From: Macrostomum lignano
Lineage: Eukaryota
Assembly (NCBI GenBank): GCA_002269645.1
Contig: NIVC01002946.1
Span: forward strand, 65,131-129,130
Direction of reading: 5' to 3'
DNA length: 64,000 nucleotides
The translations under genes were made by a program, and so were the position numbers. The notes under the pieces were generated by a model that was not told the DNA's origin, did not search any database, and saw only the letters and a program-made list of their open reading frames with translations. Below are positions 27,336 through 53,400 of this stretch, piece after piece. Positions within the stretch are counted from its first letter, which is position 1, and the number at the start of each line of letters is the position of its first letter.

Positions 27336-28142
27336 ATCAGTCAATGAGGGGCTGTCAAACTCCCATTCTCAAGGCGCCTTCAAGACACACGGCAAAACAA
27401 CTCTTAGTACAAGTCAAGTTCAGACGGCAAATTCATCGGGTGATTGGCGAGTCCAAGGCCCCCAAGTCGGTCCCAATAGTTGCTCGCTCGTACACGGCTC
27501 ACCCCAAATTTGCTTACCCCCACAGCCGGCTACGAAATGTAGATTTTTTTCTCACTTCACTTCCTTGTTCCTCACTTGCTTGAGTGCAGATTTCCCAGTC
27601 CGCCCCCTGCCTTACCCTGTCTGGTGCCGGTCGCCGGGTGCAAGGGCAGCGTGCGGTGTTACAAATTCTTGCGAGCGGTCTGGGGATTGGCTTGTAGCTT
27701 AAACAGCGGTAGGGATATGGGGAGATGCAAGCGAATGAGAGAGCACTGTTGAGTTGAAACCGGCTGGCAGGTAGCTAGCCCAGCCCTCTGAGTCACATTT
27801 TGTTTGCGCGGAGGCCCTGGGGGAGGGTGTCTGGCCTGTTCTATACTTGGCTTGCCGGCATTGGGGTGGGGGGGGGGAGCCCATTGTTGTTTGGCCTTCC
27901 CGCGTGCCTTGCCTCGCTATCCATTCTTTTCTCCTCTTCTCGCCTCATTTTCTCCCATCGATGCGTTCAGCCGGGCATTGAGTTTCTCCCCTGACTGCTA
28001 CTTGAAGCTGACATTTAGCTGGAATTCGCATAGCCAATGCAGTTTGCAATATATATGTATGTCAAATAGATAGGGCGCTAACTAATTAGCTGACGAGGCA
28101 TTTTCAGCCATAGTAGTTTTGCTCATTAGTGCGCATCTGTAA

Positions 28143-41891
<13,749 letters not shown>

Positions 41892-41954
41892 CTCTGCTGA
41901 CTGTCGCTTGTGCTCGCTTGCCGTATTTAGTCCATTGTCACCGGCACGAAGTAT

Positions 41955-43790
41955 CGCTAGTCTGTGTCTATCTGGCAGGGTTAGAATGGATTGCTAGTCT
42001 GTGTCTATCGGTCAGGAATAGAATGGATTGCTAGTCTGTGTCTATCGGACAGGGATAGAATGGATTGCTAGTCTGTGTCTATCGGGCAGGAATAGAATGG
42101 ATTGCTAGTCTGTGTCTATCGGTCAGGAATAGAATGGATTGCTAGTCTGTGTCTATCGGACAGGGATAGAATGGATTGCTAGTCTGTGTCTATCGGGCAG
42201 GAATAGAATGGATTGCTAGTCTGTGTCTGTCGGTCAGGAATAGAATGGATTGCTAGTCTGTGTCTATCGGACAGGGATAGAATGGATTGCTAGTCTGTGT
42301 CTATCTGGCAGGAATAGAATGGATTGCTAGTCTGTGTCTATCGGTCAGGAATAGAATGGATTGCTAGTCTGTGTCTATCGGACAGGGATAGAATGGATTG
42401 CTAGTCTGTGTCTATCGGACAGGGATAGAATGGATTGCTAGTCTGTGTCTATCGGGCAGGAATAGAATGGATTGCTAGTCTGTGTCTATCGGTCAGGAAT
42501 AGAATGGATTGCTAGTCTGTGTCTATCGGACAGGGATAGAATGGATTGCTAGTCTGTGTCTATCGGGCAGGAATAGAATGGATTGCTAGTCTGTGTCTAT
42601 CGGTCAGGAATAGAATGGATTGCTAGTCTGTGTCTATCGGACAGGGATAGAATGGATTGCTAGTCTGTGTCTATTGGGCAGGAATAGAATAGATTGCTAG
42701 TCTGTGTCTATCGGTCAGGAATAGAATGGATTGCTAGTCTGTGTCTATCGGACAGGGATAGAATGGATTGCTAGTCTGTGTCTATCGGGCAGGAATAGAA
42801 TGGATTGCTAGTCTGTGTCTATCGGTCAGGAATAGAATGGATTGCTAGTCTGTGTCTATCGGACAGGGATAGAATGGATTGCTAGTCTGTGTCTATCGGT
42901 CAGGGATAGAATGGATTGCTAGTCTGTGTCTATCGGGCAGGAATAGAATGGATTGCTAGTCTGTGTCTATCGGTCAGGAATAGAATGGATTGCTAGTCTG
43001 TGTCTATCGGACAGGGATAGAATGGATTGCTAGTCTGTGTCTATCGGGCAGGAATAGAATGGATTGCTAGTCTGTGTCTATCGGTCAGGAATAGAATGGA
43101 TTGCTAGTCTGTGTCTATCGGACAGGGATAGAATGGATTGCTAGTCTGTGTCTATCGGCAGGAATAGAATGGATTGCTAGTCTGTGTCTATCGGTCAGGA
43201 ATAGAATGGATTGCTAGTCTGTGTCTATCGGACAGGGATAGAATGGATTGCTAGTCTGTGTCTATCGGGCAGGAATAGAATGGATTGCTAGTCTGTGTCT
43301 ATCGGTCAGGAATAGAATGGATTGCTAGTCTGTGTCTATCGGACAGGGATAGAATGGATTGCTAGTCTGTGTCTATCGGACAGGGATAGAATGGATTGCT
43401 AGTCTGTGTCTATCGGTCAGGAATAGAATGGATTGCTAGTCTGTGTCTATCGGACAGGGATAGAATGGATTGCTAGTCTGTGTCTATCGGTCAGGAATAG
43501 AATGGATTGCTAGTCTGTGTCTATCGGTCAGGAATAGAATGGATTGCTAGTCTGTGTCTATCGGACAGGGATAGAATGGATTGCTAGTCTGTGTCTATCG
43601 GACAGGATAGAATGGATTGCTAGTCTGTGTCTATCGGGCAGGAATAGAATGGATTGCTAGTCTGTGTCTATCGGGCAGGAATAGAGTGGATTGCTAGTCT
43701 GTGTCTATCTGGCAGGAATAGAATGGATTGCTAGTCTGTGTCAATCGGACAGGGATTGAATGGATTGCTAGTCTGTGTGTAAATGGATTG
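41955..43790. repeat. 37-bp minisatellite, ~49 copies, with 111-bp trimeric higher-order structure
   Basis: Unit GCTAGTCTGTGTCTATCGG(T/A/G)CAGG(A/G)ATAGAATGGATT. Confidence 0.97.
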
Positions 43791-44844
43791 CTAGACTGGT
43801 TTATTTCCACTTTTGCCACCTTCGCTGCCAGGTGACCCCAGCTGTTCTCATTGTTCTCATTGCAATTTCGGCCAGTTTAAATTTAGCAGTAGTATGTAGC
43901 GATTAACGATCTGCATTCGCAAGATTTTACTGCATTCAGTCTGATTCGAACCGAGCTGAATAGAAGCTTCTTGTTGTTGCGCGATCTCATTGCTTCTAGG
44001 AGACGAGCTTCCAAGCTTTAATTAGCCGCGTCTATAGTTAATGATGCGTTGGAGCTGGAGCAGTGCAGTCTGTGCACAGGCCCGCACCCAGTTTAGTCCG
44101 AAACAGCTCACTGCTTTTCTAATCTTATTTACTAACAATATGTGTATTATGAACTGCGTATATTGTGATTTCAGCTGTGTTAACTTTTTACTACTGATGG
44201 ATTTTTGGGGCGAAATTTTCGATATATAAATATTTTTTAAATTCCTCTCTAGACTTTCGGTTGAATTTGAAAGCTGTATTAGAGAGAATTATGATTTATT
44301 ATTCGTAGATGACATGTTTCCGATTTACCCCCTCCAATCGCCGCACTTTCGCCCAGCACCTCTTTCGCCTTTTTTGTCTTTAGAAAGAACTTTTTTGCCT
44401 GTTCATTTCTGTGATCGATTCTTATTTATTTCATATTAGTGTTCTCCGGCGTCACTTTTCCATTTATTTGACCCATTACTATATATTACTATTAGTAGTA
44501 GTGTGTCTTATATTTGCTTGCTACTGGGCGGCTCATCAGCATTGCTCGCTTATTAGTAATTTTATCTAATTATATCTTATAATAAATGCTGAGCATTTCG
44601 TGTGCCTCTTTATGCTAGCTAGAGAGTTGTCTGCTCATGGTGTGCTCACGCCCATTCTGGTCTGCCGCCCTGCCCCCCCCCTGAACTGTCAATCAGACGT
44701 TGCTTCTCGAACCTCTTCGATTTTGTGTTTTTTTAAAGACCTGCGCATCTGCTGTCAGTAGGTGGCTATCTGGTCGGATCGCTGCGTTTCTTATGTACTT
44801 TTATTCTTGGCTCATTTTGCTTCTGCCCATTCATCACAGCCAGC

Positions 44845-45162
<318 letters not shown>

Positions 45163-46064
45163 AGTGTGTCAATCCAACTCTTCAACCCTGCGCAGAGCAG
45201 TGTGCAGAGCGCTGTGTCTCTCTGCTGCAGTTCCCAGTCTCTCAATCTGTCGCGTCTTTCATGCCCAGTCAGATTCCCATGCGGTTGCGCAGTCAGTTTC
45301 TATCTGACTCTATCTGATCGTGCCCTGTCTGGTATTCAAATTGTTAGTGTATTTATAGCCAGACTTTGTCCTTGTTGAGGAACAAACTGGCTCCTTTGTG
45401 TTCTTGCGCTGTCGCAGTTTTGTTATATCTATTTGTTTTTCCTAACGCTGTTTACCTGATGGCCAGTGATAGCTGCGATATTCGCTCACAATTATTCTCA
45501 AGTCCTGCCAGCTCGCTTCAAATGCAAGTTTAGTAGAGTCTGCAGTTTGCACCAAACAGCTGGCCTTAGATCTGTACTGTAATTTCAGGCATAGCTGCAG
45601 TGCTGGGGCTGGTCAGGATTAGTGGGTGTATCTGGCTTTCTCTCTACCTGCCTACTATATTATCCTCATCATGAAAATCGTGCTGTGTCGGCTAACTTCA
45701 GCTTTGCTTAATTGCTTAATTGTGCTTTAATAACGTATTAGTTATCGCCCTTGTTTACTGTTTGTTTGTTTGTTTGTTTGTTTGTTTACTTGTTTGTTGT
45801 CCCGCGTTATAATTGGCTGCCAACTTTCTATTACTAAACACAGTAGTATAATAATACTTATAGTAGTGATAAATAGTATATGCACCAGTGCCAGCCTGCT
45901 AGTGCGCGCCTCTGGTTGCAGGGGTGTCCGGCTTTGCGTCTTACGAAATCAGAAATATAAATAAATAAATAAATTTGCTATTCATTCAGCTGCCATCTCT
46001 TACTAGTGCTTGCACTTTGTCTGCTTGTTTACCTCTGTTTGCCAATTCTGCTAAAGAGATTTTA

Positions 46065-46640
46065 ACGGTAGACTGTTAAGGGAGACAGAGACTGTTAAGT
46101 AGACAGGGAGACTGTTGAGTAGACAGGGAGACTGTTGAGTAGACAGGGAGACTGTTAAGTAGACACGGAGACTGTTGGGTAGACAGGGAGACTGTTGGGT
46201 AGACAGGGAGACTGTTGGGTAGACAGGGAGACTGTTGGGTAGACAGGGAGACTGTTGGGTAGACAGGGAGACTGTTGGGTAGACAGGGAGACTGTTGGGT
46301 AGACAGGGAGACTGTTGGGTAGACAGGGAGACTGTTGGGTAGACAGGGAGACTGTTGGGTAGACAGGGAGACTGTTGGGTAGACAGGGAGACTGTTGGGT
46401 AGACAGGGAGACTGTTGGGTGAACAGGGAGACTGTTGGGTGGACAGGGAGACTGTTGGGTGAACAGGGAGACTGTTGGGTAGACAGGGAGACTGTTGGGT
46501 AGACAGGGAGACTGTTGGGTAGACAGGGAGACTGTTGGGTGGACAGGGAGACTGTTGGGTAGACACGGAGACTGTTGAGTAGACAGGGAGACTGTTAGGT
46601 AGATAGAAAGACGATAGACCCCCGATAGTTGGGTAGACAG
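46065..46640. repeat. 20-bp minisatellite, ~28 copies
   Basis: Unit AGACAGGGAGACTGTTGGGT. Confidence 0.96.
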
Positions 46641-46654
46641 GGAAACAGACACAA

Positions 46655-47140
46655 AATAGCAGGGTCACAGACACAGGATAGCAGGGTCACAGACACAGGA
46701 TAGCTGGGTCACAGACACAGGATAGCAGGGTCACAGACACAGGATAGCAGGGTCACATACACAGGATAGCAGGGTCACAGACACAGGATAGCAGGGTCAC
46801 AGACACAGGATAGCAGGGTCACATACACAGGATAGCAGGGTCACAGACACAGGATAGCAGGGTCACAGACACAGGATAGCTGGGTCACAGACACAGGATA
46901 GCTGGGTCACAGACACAGGATAGCAGGGCCACAGACACAGGATAGCTGGGTCACAGACACAGGATAGCAGGGTCACAGACACAGGATAGCAGGGTCACAG
47001 ACACAGGATAGCTGGGTCACAGACACAGGATAGCTGGGTCACAGACACATGATAGCTGGGTCTCAGACACAGGATAGCTGGGTCACAGACACAGGATAGC
47101 AGGTTCACATACACAGGATAGCAGGGTCACAGACACATTG
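46655..47140. repeat. 22-bp minisatellite, ~22 copies, just upstream of KRTCAP2
   Basis: Unit CACAGACACAGGATAGCAGGGT. Confidence 0.96.
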
Positions 47141-47254
47141 ACAGATAAATGGACAGACAGGATCAGTGAGTGACCAGGTACATCAGGTATTTCCCTAATC
47201 CCTAATCAGCCAGGCGAATCCCCTGTTCATGCAAGTGCACTCTCAGCGCACTCG

Positions 47255-47674
47255 ATGGCCATCTCCGCCGCAGCGTCCTGCCTGTTCTCCAGCCTGTTCT
47301 CCCTGCTGCTGTTCGCCGGCATGCAGCTGTTCAAGGCCCAGCTAGCCGACAGCAAGCTCGGCACCATTCTTGGCGGCGGCCTTGGCTCCCTGCTATTCAT
47401 CCTGCTGCTCACGGCTGTGAATAACTTTGAGAACGCCTTCATTCAGCGCGGATTCCAGTCCCAGCTGTTCCCAGAGGTGGTTGGCAGCCTCGCACTGGCC
47501 TGCATCGCCTCTGGCATGGTGCACCGGGTCTGCATCACCACCTGCTTTATCTTCTCGCTGGTGGCTCTTTACTATGTCAACAGCCTGTCGCAGAAGATCT
47601 ACGCTGCTCCCGTTGAAGCCGCCGCCGCTGCCGCCCTCGCCAGCGCCAATTCCAACAAGAAGAAGCGAAAGTAG
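47255..47674 (+). CDS. KRTCAP2: Keratinocyte-associated protein 2 (KCP2, oligosaccharyltransferase subunit), single coding exon, 139 aa
   Basis: SSLFSLLLFAGMQ, GGGLGSLLF, LTAVNNFEN, GFQSQLFPEV, SGMVHRVCITTCFIFS...LYYVN match the KRTCAP2 family; C-terminal KKKRK resembles an ER retrieval signal. Confidence 0.96.
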   Translation: MAISAAASCLFSSLFSLLLFAGMQLFKAQLADSKLGTILGGGLGSLLFILLLTAVNNFENAFIQRGFQSQLFPEVVGSLALACIASGMVHRVCITTCFIFSLVALYYVNSLSQKIYAAPVEAAAAAALASANSNKKKRK

Positions 47675-47734
47675 ACATTTGACCTTCTTTGTCCGGGTTG
47701 ACTAGGGGCGTTTGGGTAGTTTATTGGTCTTATC

Positions 47735-49200
47735 TGGATGGTCTGACAGATGTGTCTTATCTATGGTCTGACAGATGTGTCTCATCTATGGTCTGACAGA
47801 TGTGTCTTATCTATGGTCTGACAGATGTGTCTTATCTATGGTCTGACAGATGTGTCTCATCTATGGTCTGACACATGTGTCTCATCTATGGTCTGACACG
47901 TGTCTCATCTATGGTCTGACAGATGTGTCTCATCTATGGTCTGACACGTGTCTCATCTATGGTCTGACAGATGTGTCTCATTTATGGTCTGACAGATGTG
48001 TCTCATCTATGGTCTGACAGATGTGTCTCATCTATGGTCTGACAGATGTGTCTCATCTATGGTCTGACAGATGTGTCTCATATATGGTCTGACAGATGTG
48101 TCTCATCTATGGTCTGACACATGTGTCTCATCTATGGTCTGACACGTGTCTCATCTATGGTCTGACAGATGTGTCTCATCTATGGTCTGACACATGTGTC
48201 TCATCTATGGTCTGACACATGTGTCTCATCTATGGTCTGACACGTGTCTCATCTATGGTCTGACAGATGTGTCTCATCTATGGTCTGACACGTGTCTCAT
48301 CTATGGTCTGACACATGTGTCTCATCTATGGTCTGACACGTGTCTCATTTATGGTCTGACAGAAGTGTCTCATCTATGGTCTGACAGATGTGTCTCATCT
48401 ATGGTCTGACAGATGTGTCTCATCTATGGTCTGACAGATGTGTCTCATCTATGGTCTGACAGATGTGTCTCATCTATGGTCTGACAGATGTGTCTCATCT
48501 ATGGTCTGACAGATGTGTCTCATCTATGGTCTGACAGATGTGTCTCATCTATGGTCTGACACGTGTCTCATCTATGGTCTGACAGATGTGTCTCATCTAT
48601 GGTCTGACACGTGTCTCATCTATGGTCTGACAGATGTGTCTCATCTATGGTCTGACACGTGTGTCTCATCTATGGTCTGACACGTGTCTCATCTATGGTC
48701 TGACAGATGTGTCTCATCTATGGTCTGACACATGTGTCTCATCTATGGTCTGACACGTGTCTCATCTATGGTCTGACAGATGTGTCTCATCTATGGTCTG
48801 ACACGTGTCTCATCTATGGTCTGACAGAAGTGTCTCATCTATGGTCTGACAGATGTGTCTCATCTATGGTCTGACACGTGTCTCATCTATGGTCTGACAG
48901 ATGTGTCTCATCTATGGTCTGACACATGTGTCTCATCTATGGTCTGACACGTGTCTCATCTATGGTCTGACAGATGTGTCTCATCTATGGTCTGACACGT
49001 GTCTCATCTATGGTCTGACAGATGTGTCTCATCTATGGTCTGACACGTGTCTCATCTATGGTCTGACAGATGTGTCTCATCTATGGTCTGACACATGTGT
49101 CTCATCTATGGTCTGACACGTGTCTCATCTATGGTCTGACAGATGTGTCTCATCTATGGTCTGACACGTGTCTCATCTATGGTCTGACAGATGTGTCTCA
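47735..49200. repeat. 25/23-bp minisatellite, ~60 copies, downstream of the KRTCAP2 stop
   Basis: Units ATCTATGGTCTGACAGATGTGTCTC and the variants GACACGTGTC and GACACATGTGTC. Confidence 0.97.
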
Positions 49201-50084
49201 TTTGTAGCATTATTATCCTCTATAGATATGTCTGATCCGGATACAGAGTTCAGCTATTGTACAACAGTTAAGAGAATTCTCATACGAGTTCTGTCTATGA
49301 GTTTGGAAATTACTCTGATCTATATATGAATCAAATTAGGCGTTCAACATTATTAATTATCCCCGTTTTGCTTTATTATCACTAATCCCATTTCTTTATT
49401 TATAAAATTAGAATTCTTTATTCCTGAACAAATTGGCTAATGTTTCATCACTTCTAGCGTTTTCTACAGCATGTTATTCTCTGTTCTGTAGCAAAATGTA
49501 ACAAAAACTTGGTTGGTCACATGTTTATTTAATAAGTAGCAATGAATGAGCTAGTAATTAGTTAGGTTTGGCTAAAAATATTTGCCATAATTTCATTGTC
49601 CAATCGCAATATCAAGTTTGATTTCTTTTTTCCTTTTATGTTAAAAATTCTCATCAATATTTGTCTTCTCAGACTACTCAGTTATTAGTAGTCTAAAATG
49701 GGATATTTTCAAACGAAATAAACAAATTATAAATTTGAATCGATGAATGTCAAAACGTGCCAATTCTAATGCCGGTTGCCTCACCCTTGCTTGGCGTGAG
49801 CCTTGGTTTCGGTTGACTCGCGCTGAATTTTTTTATCTGGCTGGCTTGAGACCGAGTTTCCTCATCTGGTGTCGGGTGTGCCTAATTTATTATTTGTCAT
49901 TTCTGCTCTACTCTTGTCAAGTTTTGTCTGCTATGATACCATTAGCTAGTTTTTGTGTGTCTGTCGGTTCATTTTATTTGGCTAGCTATCGTATAACTAA
50001 ATATAAAGCATTCTAGGATTTGCAAAAAAATCGTTTTAATTCTTCTATTTTGTAAGCGATAAATACTTCTAGTCAGGCTTGCCA

Positions 50085-50345
50085 ACCACTCTCCCAGATC
50101 CTCAGACTGAGCAGCCAGCCTCCCAGATCCTCAGACTGAGCAGCCAGCCTCCCAGATCCTCAGACTGAGCAGCCAGCCTCCCAGATCCTCAGACTGAGCA
50201 GCCAGCCTCCCAGATCCTCAGACTGAGCAGCCAGCCTCCCAGATCCTCAGACTGAGCAGCCAGCCTCCCAGATCCTCAGACTGAGCAGCCAGCCTCCCAG
50301 ATCCTCAGACTGAGCAGCCAGCCTCCCAGATCCTCAGACTGAGCC
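50085..50345. repeat. 29-bp minisatellite, ~9 copies, just upstream of the PCCB ATG
   Basis: Unit CCTCCCAGATCCTCAGACTGAGCAGCCAG. Confidence 0.96.
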
Positions 50346-50407
50346 CTACAAAACTGCATGCAGCGCACAGCCAACGCGTAGAGTTTCCAACGCCCATTTA
50401 TGCCAAA

Positions 50408-53400
50408 ATGCTTCGGTCCGGCATTCGTGGCCTGCTGTCCTTGCCCGGCTCCGCCCTGCCCGGCGCCCTGTCGCTGCGCACCACCTACTCGGCGGCGCTG
50501 ACCCTGCGAGTGCGCGAAAAGATCGCGGATACCCGTCGCCGATCGCAAGAGGGCGGCGGCGCCAAGCGAATCGACGCCCAGCACCAGAAGGGCAAGCTGA
50601 CCGCCCGGGAGCGAATCGAGCTTCTCATGGACCCTGGCAGCTTTCGCGAATACGACGCCTTCGTTGAGCACGACTGCATCGACTTCGGCATGGAAAAGTC
50701 CAAGACCCCGGCCGACAGCGTGGTGACGGGGCACGGCCTCATCCACGGCCGGCCGGCGTTCGTGTTCAGCCAGGACTTCACCGTCTACGGTGGCAGCCTC
50801 TCACTGGCCCACGCCAAGAAGATTTGCAAGGTCTGCTCGCTGAAAAGTTTTCTTCCGGCATCTTTGTTACATTTTATTTGTGACGTCATTATTCATTATG
50901 ACGTCATTTTTATCTTGGGTTACGTAATCCACCCGTGCAAGCTAAATGGCGTCAAATTTAGAGATTCTTTGTCGAAGTGTCGGACTGTGAATAATTTTCA
51001 GAGAACTATTTCTTTTAGTTAAATCAGGGTGGGAAAACTCCAACCTGTGGGCCATATGCGGCGCTATATCCGGCACTCAGGTCCTTGGACACTTTAGACT
51101 GGCAATCCGCTCTTCTCAGTTATCTCCTCTCCCCTCCTCCCTCTCCTCTTCTCTCCTCTCATCCCATGTAAACTCTCTTATCTTATCTCCTCTTCTCTCC
51201 CCCCCTATTTCCCCCCCCCCCTATCTCGTATCTTTGATGACGTCATTGTAGTTCTTCTATCTATGACATCATCTTTGGCATGTTTTTTGTTGGATGAAGT
51301 CATCGTCGTCTAGTTATGACGTCATCGTGTCTACTAAGTCTCCCCCATCGCCCCATAGGTGATGGACCAGGCCATGGTGGTCGGCGCCCCGGTCATCGGC
51401 CTCAACGACAGCGGCGGCGCCCGCATCCAGGAGGGCGTGGCCAGCCTGGCCGGCTATGCCGACATCTTCGAGCGCAACGTGCTGGCCTCCGGCGTGGTGC
51501 CGCAGATCTCCATGATCATGGGACCCTGCGCCGGCGGCGCCGTGTACTCCCCTGCCCTCACCGACTTCATCTTCATGGTGGAGCAGTCCTCCTACCTGTT
51601 CATCACCGGCCCCGATGTGGTCAAGACTGTTACTGGTGAGCCCTGCTGCCCAGCGCCTTCGCCCGGCTCTCTGACTCTCCGTCTGACTCTGACTTCTCTC
51701 TTGCTGACTCTCTGACTCTGATATCCCTCTGTCTGACCCTCAGACTCGGACATCCCTCAACCTGACTCTCTGACATCCTTCTACCCGACTCTCTGACATC
51801 CCTCTACCTGACTCTCTGACATCCCTCTACCTGACTCTCTGACATCCCTCTACCTGATTCTCTGACATCCCTCTACCTGACTCTGACATCCCTCTACCTG
51901 ACTCTGACATCCCTCTACCTGATTCTCTGACATCCCTCTACCTGACTCTGACATCCCTCTACCTGACTCTGACATCCCTCTACCCGACTCTCTGACATCC
52001 CTCTATCTGACTCGAACATCCCTCTGACTCTGACATCCCTCTACCTGACTCTGACATCCCTCTACCTGACTCTGACATCCCTCTACCTGACTCTGACATC
52101 TCTCTATCTGACTCTCTAACATTCTCTAACTGACTCTGACATTCTCCATCTGACTCTCTAACATTCTCTATCTGACTCTCTGACATCCTCTATCTGACTC
52201 TCTGACATTCTCTATCTGACTCTCTAACATTTAATCTGCTCGCAGCAATCTTCACAGTTTATTTATCACAAACTCTGGGCCTTATGGTTTGCGTCTCCAC
52301 CTCACCGTCGCTTCCTTCCCGCCGCACCCAGGCGAGAATGTCACCCAGGAGGAGCTGGGCGGCTCCAAGACCCACACCGTCACCTCGGGCGTGGCGCATC
52401 GCGCCTTCGAGAACGACGTCGACGCTCTGGCTACCCTGCGCGAGCTGTACACCTTCTTGCCGCTGTCCAATCGCGACAGGGCCCCCATCCGCGAGTGTCA
52501 GGTGAGTCCGTTCTCGGAGTTCTCAACCTCTTGATCAATTTTCTAGCAGTTTTACACAGTTGTTGACTCGCTGACCCAGTTGTTGGGTCCCCCTGACACA
52601 GTTGTTGACTCGCTGACCCAGTTGTTAAGTCCCTGACCCAGTTGTTGACTCGCTGACCCAGTTGTTGAGTCCCTGACCCAGTTGTTGACTCGCTGACTCA
52701 CTGTTTACTCACTGACCCAGTTGTTAAGTCCCTGACCCAGTTGTTGACTCGCTGACCCAGTTGTTGAGTCCCTGACCCAGTTGTTGACTCGCTGACCCAG
52801 TTGTTGAGTTCCTGACCCAGTTGTTTACTCGCTGACCCAGTTGTTGAGTTCCTGACTCAGTTGTTGACTCGCTGACCCAGTTGTTGAGTTCCTGACCCAG
52901 TTGTTGACTCGCTGACCTAGTTGTTGAGTCCCTGACCCTGTTGTTGACTCGCTGACCCAGTTGTTGAGTTCCTGACCCAGTTGTTGACTCGCTGACCCAG
53001 TTGTTGAGTCCCTGACCCAGTTGTTGACTCGCTGACTCACTCTCACTGTTTACTCACTGACCCAGTCGTTGACTCGCTGACCCAGTTGTTGACTCGCTGA
53101 CCCAGTTGTTGAGTTCCTGACCCAGTTGTTGACTCGCTGACCTAGTTGTTGAGTCCCTGACCCAGTTGTTGACTCGCTGACCTAGTTGTTGACTCGCTGA
53201 CGCGCTGATAAATAATAAATAATAAATATTATAATAATAAAATAAATATAAATATTTTTATATTAAAACAACATTTAAACTTGTAGGGTATGGTAAGTGC
53301 TTGCAGTTCAAAATTCGCAATTCAAATCCTTTGTGGGAGGAGCAGACAGCTGATTTTATTTAAATCCACGTATATTAAAATAAATAAATAATGTAATAAT

